Shown: positions 8,262-15,826, counted from the stretch's first letter. The stretch: DNA of 43,643 nt from Clostridiaceae bacterium (GCA_904501895.1 CAJGCX010000001.1:1-43643), one strand, 5' to 3'. Translations and numbers: made by a program. Notes: generated by a model from the sequence alone, not told the origin.

Positions 8262-9158
8262 ATGAAAAAATCAAATATAAATTATCCACACCCAGTTTTA
8301 AGTGCAGCTAATGAAGATTACTTAAACTGTACCTTTGACATTGCTTTTGATAGTGACCCTGTTATACAAGGTGAGTTAGCCATAATTGAACTTTCGTATA
8401 ATCTTGAATGTGATGGGTTATCTAAAATGATTACTAATGGGGATGCAAAGGTGGTTGTATACCTTGAAAGTGTTGAAGCAGAGTATAGAAAAATTTTTGT
8501 TTTTCAGCCTGATTCAACTTCCTTGATAGTGAAGGAAAATAAAAATCTTTTTGGAAAGAACTTACAACTTAGATGTTACATAACTGCAGCTAAAGATATC
8601 TCCCCATTTTCCTTGTTAGAGCACAATAAGGGCTTGTTTGGGCCGATTCCTTTCAATGTGAAACGTGGAGATGTACTTGCTATATCAGAAAATTTTTATA
8701 ATATTCCTCTTGAAAATTATGACCCATTATCAGACAGACCATCAATTTTTTCTGTGAGAAGACAAACAGACAATCCTAAAGAAGAGATAATGGTAGATTT
8801 TGTCAGCCACGATAAAATTACCATTTTCCTTAATGATGATATTTTCGAAAAATATGATGAATTGTACCACGCTTCTGAAATTAGAATGTTTTTAGCATCT
8901 TTGTTTGCTGCACCAGTTTTGGTTGATGTTTTATCATATATTAAACACGCTGACCAAGATATGTTGGATTCGGTTTTAGATAAAAAATGGTATCAGGTGT
9001 TAAAATCACGTCTTTCAGAACTTGATATAGATTTATCTAAAGCAGATTCTATGACAACGGTTGCTAATATGGTTATTCCACATATTTTTAAGCAGAATAT
9101 TGAGCAATTTAAAGTCGTGTTTAAAGATTCATTACCGATGTCAGGAGATGAAGAATAA
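8262..9158 (+). CDS. Hypothetical 298-aa protein (no recognised motif)
   Basis: The ORF starts 13 nt after the ATPase stop and has an RBS (GGGGATTGG). It overlaps the next gene by 1 nt (TAATG at 9156-9160). Codon usage looks coding-like. Confidence 0.65.
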   Translation: MKKSNINYPHPVLSAANEDYLNCTFDIAFDSDPVIQGELAIIELSYNLECDGLSKMITNGDAKVVVYLESVEAEYRKIFVFQPDSTSLIVKENKNLFGKNLQLRCYITAAKDISPFSLLEHNKGLFGPIPFNVKRGDVLAISENFYNIPLENYDPLSDRPSIFSVRRQTDNPKEEIMVDFVSHDKITIFLNDDIFEKYDELYHASEIRMFLASLFAAPVLVDVLSYIKHADQDMLDSVLDKKWYQVLKSRLSELDIDLSKADSMTTVANMVIPHIFKQNIEQFKVVFKDSLPMSGDEE

Positions 9159-9919
9159 TGAAAGTAAAATATTTTACAGAATCAGCTTATTTGGAATTAT
9201 TCGATTCAATATCAAATAATCAAAACTTCTATTGTGTAGATAAATGTGATTGGATTGCAAAAAAATTTAAAGATACAAAATATTGTAAAGAATCAAGAAT
9301 TGATATTTCTTTGCCGGTACTTGAAAAAGGAAAAGATAGTGACTACACCAATATAGTTATGGTGCACAGTGCTTTTAAAGATAGGATTACACCAAAGCAG
9401 GCGAGTAATCCATATCTATGGACTTATTTAAGTCATTGTGAATATTGGGATTATACTTTTAATAGATGGTCAAAAGGTGATATTTCAGTAGGTGCAATAA
9501 AGGAACGATTCTTTTGTGGCACTGAAGAAGGTAATAGAATAGGTTTATTGAGAAACTCGATAGCTCGTTTGTGGTGGTATGGTCACTTAACTTTCTGTGA
9601 AGATTCTCCACGTCCATATAAACTTACAAAATTAATGATGAGCAATTCGGACCTGTGTCAAAGCATTATGGAACGAAAGTTTTCTATGAATAAAGAAATC
9701 ACAATTGGTATCTTAAGTGCAATTCAGGAAATTAATGACGACCCGACTCAAAAAGACGTAGGAGCAGTGTCAAATGGCGACCACTATGAGTGGAGACCAC
9801 TGTGCAAATACATAAATCGTTATGGTGGAGTAGTATTACTTGACACACTGACACGTGATGATATTAAAGAATTATCATATGATTTTTTAATGAAATATAG
9901 AAAAAAATGGGGTATTTAA
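9158..9919 (+). CDS. Hypothetical 253-aa Trp-rich protein (possibly DUF6339-type; unverified)
   Basis: The ORF is translationally coupled on both sides. Conserved-looking strings are NPYLWTYLSHCEYWDYTFNRW and NSIARLWWYGHL. The family assignment is from memory only. Confidence 0.55.
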   Translation: MKVKYFTESAYLELFDSISNNQNFYCVDKCDWIAKKFKDTKYCKESRIDISLPVLEKGKDSDYTNIVMVHSAFKDRITPKQASNPYLWTYLSHCEYWDYTFNRWSKGDISVGAIKERFFCGTEEGNRIGLLRNSIARLWWYGHLTFCEDSPRPYKLTKLMMSNSDLCQSIMERKFSMNKEITIGILSAIQEINDDPTQKDVGAVSNGDHYEWRPLCKYINRYGGVVLLDTLTRDDIKELSYDFLMKYRKKWGI

Positions 9920-9920
9920 T

Positions 9921-10385
9921 ATGCCAAACACAAACTGGTCAAAACTTAATCATTTGCAATTAGGGAAATACGCAGAGTATTATGCTAAAATGGAGTTTGC
10001 ATCTTACGGGTTTGAAGTATACACTTCAGAAGTGGATGACCATGGTGTGGATTTTATTGTAAAATCACCTGATAAGAATGAATTTTGTGAGGTGCAAGTC
10101 AAGTCTGTGCGTAATTACGGCTATGTATTTATCGCAAAATCTAAAATGCCTGAACTTATAGACAATAGACTTGTATGCTACTTGCATTTTGTTGATGGTC
10201 AGTTGCCTGATGTTTTTGTAATTCCTGCAACAGCGTGGAAAACACCTAATGCAGTTTTGGTTGACAGAAAATATGATAAGCCCGGTCAAAAGAGTGCACC
10301 TGAATGGGGGATTAGCATTTCAAGAAAAAATTATTCATTGTTGGATGATTACAGAGCAGATGAGTATTTTCTAAAAAATAAATGA
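9921..10385 (+). CDS. Small PD-(D/E)XK-fold nuclease-like protein (DUF4365-like)
   Basis: The N-terminal helix GKYAEYYAKMEFASYGFEV is followed by DDHGVDFIV and then EVQVKS. This is the D...(D/E)-x-K arrangement of restriction-endonuclease-like folds. The ORF starts 1 nt after the upstream stop. Confidence 0.6.
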   Translation: MPNTNWSKLNHLQLGKYAEYYAKMEFASYGFEVYTSEVDDHGVDFIVKSPDKNEFCEVQVKSVRNYGYVFIAKSKMPELIDNRLVCYLHFVDGQLPDVFVIPATAWKTPNAVLVDRKYDKPGQKSAPEWGISISRKNYSLLDDYRADEYFLKNK

Positions 10386-10429
10386 AATTTGCAGGTAGTC
10401 AGTATAAGCTGTAAAAGAGAGGTTTATAA

Positions 10430-11470
10430 ATGAATTTATTAAATGTAACAGTTTTACATAAATTGTGGAAACAAGGAACTATAGTTAAAGTTGATAATGA
10501 AAATTTGTGGGTAAAGTTTAACAACAAACCTATAAACAGGAATACAGATACTATCATGTTCTCATACCCGTCTGCTTTTGTTACTGGCTTCTTGAAAATA
10601 GTTGATAACGATGAATTGCAACAAGAAATTATGGCAGATGCCATTAAAAAAGAAGAACTTAAAAAGAAACAAATGTCTCAACAAGTAGTTGTTGTACCAA
10701 AAAACAATCCTGTAAAAAAACAACCTAAAAAACATTATGAAAGAGAAAATATTGCATTTAAATGTAATTATTGTGATGGTGGTGCTTCTGCATCTCAGAT
10801 AGGATATGCAGGAGTGTGCAGCAAAGCTGTAATTAAATATAATATTACCGAAGCAAAACGCACATGGTGTTCAAGTGAGCAGTGTGAATGCAACAGGTTT
10901 TTAAACGGTGAGTTAACATACAATGATTTGTGTGAAATTCATGCATCTAATAAATTTTTATGTTATGAAAGCGGTATGTTTATAAATTGGAAAGCTTCTG
11001 CTGGAACTGATGTAAAGAATGGAAAAATGGACAGACCTCGCAAACTGAAAAAAGTTCAGAAAAATAGCTTATGTATTCTTACTACTGTGAAACCTGATGC
11101 TCTTGAAACAGAACGTATGATTTTTGGTGTTTTTCTTGTTGATGAATCCTATGAAGGAGATAATCAAGCTGAGGGATATGTAACAACAAAGTCCAAATAC
11201 AAATTGAAACTTACCCCTAAAGAGGCAAAAGAGATATTGTTTTGGAATTATCATAAAAACTCTAATGACCAAGGAACTGCGCGATGGAGTTCAGGTTTGT
11301 ACCGTTATATTAATGATGTTGTATCTGCTCAAATATTGCGCGATATAGCTACAATAAAGAAAAATAGCCACGATGAAGAATTGGCAAAAGAATTTTTTGA
11401 ATATTATTGCAAGGTTAATAATGTTGATATAGATTCATTACCACAAAACAATGGAGCGTTATTAATATAA
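10430..11470 (+). CDS. Hypothetical 346-aa protein with a small N-terminal beta domain, a basic linker and a Cys-rich central module
   Basis: The ORF has RBS AGAGAGG. The Cys cluster FKCNYCDGG...GVCS...WCSSEQCECN...LCEIH...FLCYE suggests metal binding. The C-terminal domain (ERMIFGVFLVDE...ARWSSGLYRYIND) is of unknown fold. Confidence 0.6.
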   Translation: MNLLNVTVLHKLWKQGTIVKVDNENLWVKFNNKPINRNTDTIMFSYPSAFVTGFLKIVDNDELQQEIMADAIKKEELKKKQMSQQVVVVPKNNPVKKQPKKHYERENIAFKCNYCDGGASASQIGYAGVCSKAVIKYNITEAKRTWCSSEQCECNRFLNGELTYNDLCEIHASNKFLCYESGMFINWKASAGTDVKNGKMDRPRKLKKVQKNSLCILTTVKPDALETERMIFGVFLVDESYEGDNQAEGYVTTKSKYKLKLTPKEAKEILFWNYHKNSNDQGTARWSSGLYRYINDVVSAQILRDIATIKKNSHDEELAKEFFEYYCKVNNVDIDSLPQNNGALLI

Positions 11471-11502
11471 ACATTGTATAGAATGTTGTATGAGGTTATC
11501 AA

Positions 11503-11916
11503 ATGATTAAAGAAGTAATTCATGACCCGATTTTGTTGGCGATGAAATCGGAAAAGGCTACAATTGAAGATTTGCAGGTGGCACAGGATTTGCTTGACAC
11601 TCTCACTGCCAATGCTGATGGTTGTGTTGGTATGGCTGCCAACATGATTGGTATACATAAGCGCATCATCTGTTTTGATAATGATGGTACATATATGACA
11701 ATGTTTAACCCTGAAATTATTAAGAAGTCAGACCCTTATGAAACTGAAGAAGGATGTCTTTCATTGCTTGGTGGTCCCCGTAAGTGTAAGCGTTATAAGA
11801 ACATAAAAGTGCAGTGGCAGACAGCTGAATTCCAAACCAGAATTAAAACCTTCACTGGTTGGACAGCGCAAATCATTCAGCACGAAATCGACCATTGTGA
11901 TGGTATCTTAATTTGA
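11503..11916 (+). CDS. def: Peptide deformylase, short (137-aa) variant
   Basis: Motif 2 EEGCLSL and motif 3 QHEIDHCDG are intact. Motif 1 is divergent: VGMAANMIG instead of GxGxAAxQ. Confidence 0.85.
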   Translation: MIKEVIHDPILLAMKSEKATIEDLQVAQDLLDTLTANADGCVGMAANMIGIHKRIICFDNDGTYMTMFNPEIIKKSDPYETEEGCLSLLGGPRKCKRYKNIKVQWQTAEFQTRIKTFTGWTAQIIQHEIDHCDGILI

Positions 11917-11926
11917 TGGTGATGCT

Positions 11927-12376
11927 ATGAAAATTATAATTGATGCTGATGCGTGCCCGGTTGTGGATATTACCGTCAAGGTGGCTAAAGAGCGTGGGCT
12001 CGAGTGTATCATCGTTTGCGACAATACCCACACCATTGAAAGAGACGGTGCTACAACGATTGTTGTTGATAAGGGTGCAGATTCTGCCGACTGTCGTATT
12101 GCAAATATCACCACAAAGGGTGACGTGGTTGTCACACAGGATTATGGACTTGCTGCGTTGGTGCTTGGCAAAGGTGGTAAGGCACTTAATCAAAACGGAC
12201 TCATTTACACTGATAGCAATATAGAAAATCTCCTTTTCACCCGTCATATAGGCAAAAAGGAGCGTATGGCAGGTAATAGGACAAAGGGACCGAAAAAGAG
12301 AACATCACAAAACGATGCAGATTTTCTGAAGGCATTGTTAATATGTCTTGACAATTGTGATGGGATATTAATATGA
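11927..12376 (+). CDS. yaiI: YaiI/YqxD family protein (UPF0178/DUF188)
   Basis: The N-terminus MKIIIDADACPVVDI... and overall length are typical of the family. The ORF starts 10 nt after def. Confidence 0.8.
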   Translation: MKIIIDADACPVVDITVKVAKERGLECIIVCDNTHTIERDGATTIVVDKGADSADCRIANITTKGDVVVTQDYGLAALVLGKGGKALNQNGLIYTDSNIENLLFTRHIGKKERMAGNRTKGPKKRTSQNDADFLKALLICLDNCDGILI

Positions 12377-12398
12377 GTACTGATAACAGTAGGGAACG

Positions 12399-13361
12399 GT
12401 GATAAGGATAATGGATATTTTGAGAAAAATAAAAGAGTCTTACATTTATGAAATCTTCAAAGACCAGAGTGGTATAATTATTTTTGCAGCAACAGTATTT
12501 GGTTCTTTTCTTGTGTTGGCAACACAAATAAGCGAGTATTTTTATCATTTGGGTCGTTTTAGTGAATATAATATACCAATAATCTTTATAGAGACAGAGC
12601 GCCCTTCGATTTATCATATAGTGACTGTGTTTGCATATGTTATGTGCTTTGTTGGTGGTATGACAACATTGATTTGTGCTAGAATGACATGCAGAACGGG
12701 CCTGCGGGTAGCCGAATTGCAACATGATTTAGATAACAATAAAAAACAATATTGGAAAAGAAAAAGCACAAATATAGTTGTGGCGCTTTTATTGGGAGCA
12801 TGTGTTATCGTTATTAATGCTTTAATAATAATACTTGCTACACCAAAATCTATACCAACAATGGTAATATTAAGTTTGTTTCTGTTTCTTTATCAGTGGT
12901 TTTATAGCGGTCTTATTATAAAGAGTATTGAAAAAAACAGTATTGAAGATGATATTGATATTGAAGATGAAAAGAAAATGATAGAAAAATTAGATGAATT
13001 ACCAGAAGAAGAGTTGAAAGAACGAACAGAACAAATAAAATTGAACAGTAAAAGTTTTATGTTTTTGTTCAAAATACTACCATTAGTTATTATTGTAGTT
13101 TTTTTATCCTTTTATTGTCTTGGAAACTATAATTCTGGAAAAAAGAGTGCAACGAGCATTGAAAATCCATATCAAATCTTAACTGTAGACAACGAAAAAT
13201 ATGTTGTATTAAGTAAGATGAACGATAATTATATATTAGCTAAAAGCATGGTGAATGATGAAAATGTTTTGAAAATTCGAAGGAATGAACAAATAGTTGT
13301 TCCAATAGAAAACGAAAAATATGAAGTTCAAATTTATGAAAAAGTAGTTTTAGAAGATTGA
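12399..13361 (+). CDS. Hypothetical membrane protein (about 5 predicted TM segments, acidic coiled linker)
   Basis: The 320-aa ORF has long hydrophobic stretches (IIIFAATVFGSFLVLA, VTVFAYVMCFVGGMTTLI, VVALLLGACVIVINALIIILA, MVILSLFLFLYQWFY, LPLVIIVVFLSFYCL). The start is ambiguous between GTG 12399 and ATG 12411. Confidence 0.55.
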   Translation: MIRIMDILRKIKESYIYEIFKDQSGIIIFAATVFGSFLVLATQISEYFYHLGRFSEYNIPIIFIETERPSIYHIVTVFAYVMCFVGGMTTLICARMTCRTGLRVAELQHDLDNNKKQYWKRKSTNIVVALLLGACVIVINALIIILATPKSIPTMVILSLFLFLYQWFYSGLIIKSIEKNSIEDDIDIEDEKKMIEKLDELPEEELKERTEQIKLNSKSFMFLFKILPLVIIVVFLSFYCLGNYNSGKKSATSIENPYQILTVDNEKYVVLSKMNDNYILAKSMVNDENVLKIRRNEQIVVPIENEKYEVQIYEKVVLED

Positions 13362-13410
13362 AAATAATTAGATTTTTTACAAGGTTAAATAGAAGAGTTT
13401 GAAAGAACAA

Positions 13411-13458
13411 AACACCTATGAGGTTAGATGAGTTTTCTAACTTCATAGGTGTTTTTTT
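13411..13458. terminator. Strong bidirectional terminator
   Basis: An 18-bp stem (AACACCTATGAGGTTAGA / TCTAACTTCATAGGTGTT, one G-U pair) is followed by a T7 run. It abuts the stop of the convergent regulator gene. Confidence 0.8.
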
Positions 13459-14542
13459 ATGAGAGCATAGCTATTATTTCTTTAAATTCTGCCATGTTTT
13501 TAAAGTCATCGGAGAATCCGTAATCATTCAGTATGCTATCTTTAAGATGCTTTGTTGCAACAAAATCTCTGTCATTGGTATACTTATCAAAAATGTACCC
13601 TTCAAATAAAGGAGAATGCATAGTGCTATATCTGTCTAGTGAATCAAATTTTATGGCAAGTTCTGCTGCTTTTTTTAGTTTAATTAGTGAGTTGTTGTAA
13701 TCGCCTTTGCGATAATAAAACAAAGAATTCACACCGTAACCAGAAAAAATCACAGCCTTCCACATAATACCATAGTTGCCATCATTGTAGATATAGTCTA
13801 GAGCCTTTATTATGTGTTCTTGTATTTCAATCTGATAGTCAACAGAAAAATAATCCGATTTGTAGTACCAACCTGACATCACATCAAAAAGTGCGTGTAT
13901 CAGAATTTCAAGTGTATGGTGCACTTCTTCTGCTGATTTGTTGAAATACTCATAAACAAAACAGTTAAACTCTCTGCCATCTCTTATAGAGGGTAGTTGC
14001 TTTATGACATTATCCACATCATCAAAGGTTACATCGCTACTTTTAAGTGATATCATTCGGAGAAGAAAAGAAATATAGTAGGTTTTAGCTTCAATGCGTA
14101 TTGCATCATTAGTACAGTTTTTCTGAATATTTTCATATATTGCTTTGACCTTTGAAACGTGCTCTGTAAATTCTTCATTATTGCTATTAAGAATTTTTCC
14201 GATATACCTTATCTGTACTCGAAAATCTGTGGGATATTTTTCTCTTAGTTTATCAAGAGTTTTCCATTTGCGGTCTACATCCCAGCGAAGACCGTCGTAT
14301 TCTTTCAGGAGAGCATCGAGTTCCTCTTCATCTTGAGCCTTGTTGATTCCCATAAGTTCATCAATACTAACTTTGAAAAAATCTGAAATAAGGGGAAGAA
14401 GAGTGATGTCGGGGTAACTTTCTCCACGTTCCCACTTGCTTATACTCTGAAAGGATACACCTAAAATTTGGGCGAGAGCCTCTTGTGTCAGGTCATTTGA
14501 CAACCTAAGACGCTTGATGTTTTCGCTAATATAAATAGTCAT
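13457..14542 (-). CDS. XRE-family HTH transcriptional regulator with a long helical (TPR-like) C-terminal domain
   Basis: HTH NIKRLRLSNDLTQEALAQILGVSFQSISKWERGESYPDITLL. I chose the start at MTIYISEN (Met19 of the track ORF 13457..14596). Confidence 0.8.
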   Translation of the reverse strand: MTIYISENIKRLRLSNDLTQEALAQILGVSFQSISKWERGESYPDITLLPLISDFFKVSIDELMGINKAQDEEELDALLKEYDGLRWDVDRKWKTLDKLREKYPTDFRVQIRYIGKILNSNNEEFTEHVSKVKAIYENIQKNCTNDAIRIEAKTYYISFLLRMISLKSSDVTFDDVDNVIKQLPSIRDGREFNCFVYEYFNKSAEEVHHTLEILIHALFDVMSGWYYKSDYFSVDYQIEIQEHIIKALDYIYNDGNYGIMWKAVIFSGYGVNSLFYYRKGDYNNSLIKLKKAAELAIKFDSLDRYSTMHSPLFEGYIFDKYTNDRDFVATKHLKDSILNDYGFSDDFKNMAEFKEIIAMLS

Positions 14543-14684
14543 TGTAATCACCTCGAAATTTAATGGTCTTGCAAGACTGATTATATAATAACTCAAAGGT
14601 AGGGAAAACTCAATAACGCTTTTGTTGAGAATTTTTCAACTAACGGTAGAGAAATTTAAGTTCCCATAATTTTGTGGGAGTTAA

Positions 14685-14727
14685 GTCCGTTTTTGTGTAC
14701 ACCGTTTACGATTACTCGAAAATTTTA
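14685..14727 (+). repeat. 43-nt repeat, 42/43 identical to 19660-19702; contains one CGTTTACGATTAC iteron
   Basis: GTCCGTTTTTGTGTACACCGTTTACGATTACTCGAAAATTTTA here, against the same string with A instead of T at position 31 at 19660-19702. Confidence 0.85.
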
Positions 14728-14854
14728 GAGTGTTGTATGGATATGTACGGCATTGCAGAGGTTGAAGCTTTTGTGTCAGGGGCGAAATTGGGTGTAAAAA
14801 TCATTGTTGAAACTTACACAGATAGTTCACAAAATTTTAAAGAGATATAAAAAT

Positions 14855-14889
14855 ACGCCTATGAGGTTAAATACTAGCTTCATAGGCGT
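14855..14889. terminator. Hairpin, probable terminator (T-run only on the minus strand)
   Basis: 12-bp stem ACGCCTATGAGG / CTTCATAGGCGT. The sequence is related to the 13411-13458 hairpin. Confidence 0.4.
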
Positions 14890-14996
14890 GAAATATTGTT
14901 GCAGATTTGTCGAAGAATTGAGTTCTATTCGATAATTTGAGAGTTGCTAAAACTGAGGCAGCACACCGAAATGCACTGCCCTTTGTTTTGTTCGTT

Positions 14997-15623
14997 TTAG
15001 AAAAGTTGTCCCGGAAGTTTTAGTTTTTCTTTAGGTGGGAATTGTTTGTCGAATTCTTCTGCTTCGTCTTCATCTACAAAGTATCCTTGTGGTGGAGTGT
15101 ACTCACCTGTGATACCATCAAGATAACCTTTTTTCAGTTCTTTGCAAAGGAAGAATGATGAGTCTGCACCTTCAGGTAAGCCGTGATAACGGATGCCGAA
15201 ATCAGATGCGAAGGTAAATCCGCTTTTGCCGTAAAAATTAATGTTACCTTCAAAACAGATTGCACCGAATCCCATTTCTGTTGCTTTTTCCAGAGAATAG
15301 TCAAGCAGAATTTTACCATAACCCTGACGTTTCAGTTCATTTGCAATACAGATAGGACCCATTGTCATGATTGGAATATACCTGCCATCATCGGCTTGGA
15401 TAACAGCATTCATAAACATATTTTGTCCTATGATTTTGCCGTCCTTTTCCATAACAAAGTCAAGTTCGGGAATGAATGCATCATCATTACGAAGTTGGTT
15501 GAGTACATAATGCTCAAGGCAACCGGGACGATACACATTCCAAAATGATTCCCTTACAAGATTTTCAACTTCTCTGTGTTCTTCTTTTCTTTCTGAACGG
15601 ATAATATAGTCATTTTTATTCAT
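14997..15623 (-). CDS. GNAT-family N-acetyltransferase
   Basis: The 208-aa ORF carries the acetyl-CoA motif region (ELKRQGYGKILLDYSLEKATEMGF) and has RBS AGGAGG. Confidence 0.85.
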   Translation of the reverse strand: MNKNDYIIRSERKEEHREVENLVRESFWNVYRPGCLEHYVLNQLRNDDAFIPELDFVMEKDGKIIGQNMFMNAVIQADDGRYIPIMTMGPICIANELKRQGYGKILLDYSLEKATEMGFGAICFEGNINFYGKSGFTFASDFGIRYHGLPEGADSSFFLCKELKKGYLDGITGEYTPPQGYFVDEDEAEEFDKQFPPKEKLKLPGQLF

Positions 15624-15798
15624 TGTTTTTCCTCCTGAAAATTGTTGACTTCAATATTGGGAGGTTGGTGTGATTGTATTGCCAAACCTCCCGGTTAAAC
15701 TACAATCTCCAATGATTTGATTGTCTTTCTCAAAAAGCAATCTCCTTTAAAATAATATTTATAATCAAGCCTTTCGGCAGGATTAACTCAATAAACTA

Positions 15799-15826
15799 AT
15801 TATACCACTCACAAAACAAAAAGCAA
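15799..15826 (-). promoter_or_regulatory. Putative promoter with extended -10 (TGGTATAAT) for the GNAT gene
   Basis: On the minus strand: TTGCTT, a 16-nt spacer, then TGGTATAAT. The same module recurs at 23097-23126. Confidence 0.4.

Noticed and set aside
4880-10385. Reading dcm plus the PD-(D/E)XK protein as an ordinary Type II R-M pair.
   Set aside because: The nuclease-like gene is only 154 aa. It is separated from dcm by a strong terminator and four genes, and it is translationally coupled to unknown proteins and a GHKL ATPase. A simple Type II pair does not explain this organisation. The idea is kept only as a component of the larger hypothesis.
11873-12725. Minus-strand ORFs 11873..12247, 11908..12135 and 12237..12725, and plus-strand 11940..12224, overlapping yaiI and the membrane protein.
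   Set aside because: They overlap better-supported plus-strand genes with family signatures. Their translations are Cys/His-rich or otherwise atypical. They are shadow ORFs.
14740-14851. A 37-codon plus-strand ORF (MDMYGIAEV...) as a real small gene or a quorum peptide for the neighbouring XRE-TPR regulator.
   Set aside because: It has no clear RBS or signal peptide and lies in the divergent orientation. It could be a gene fragment. The evidence is insufficient to annotate it, so it is mentioned only under the hairpin finding.
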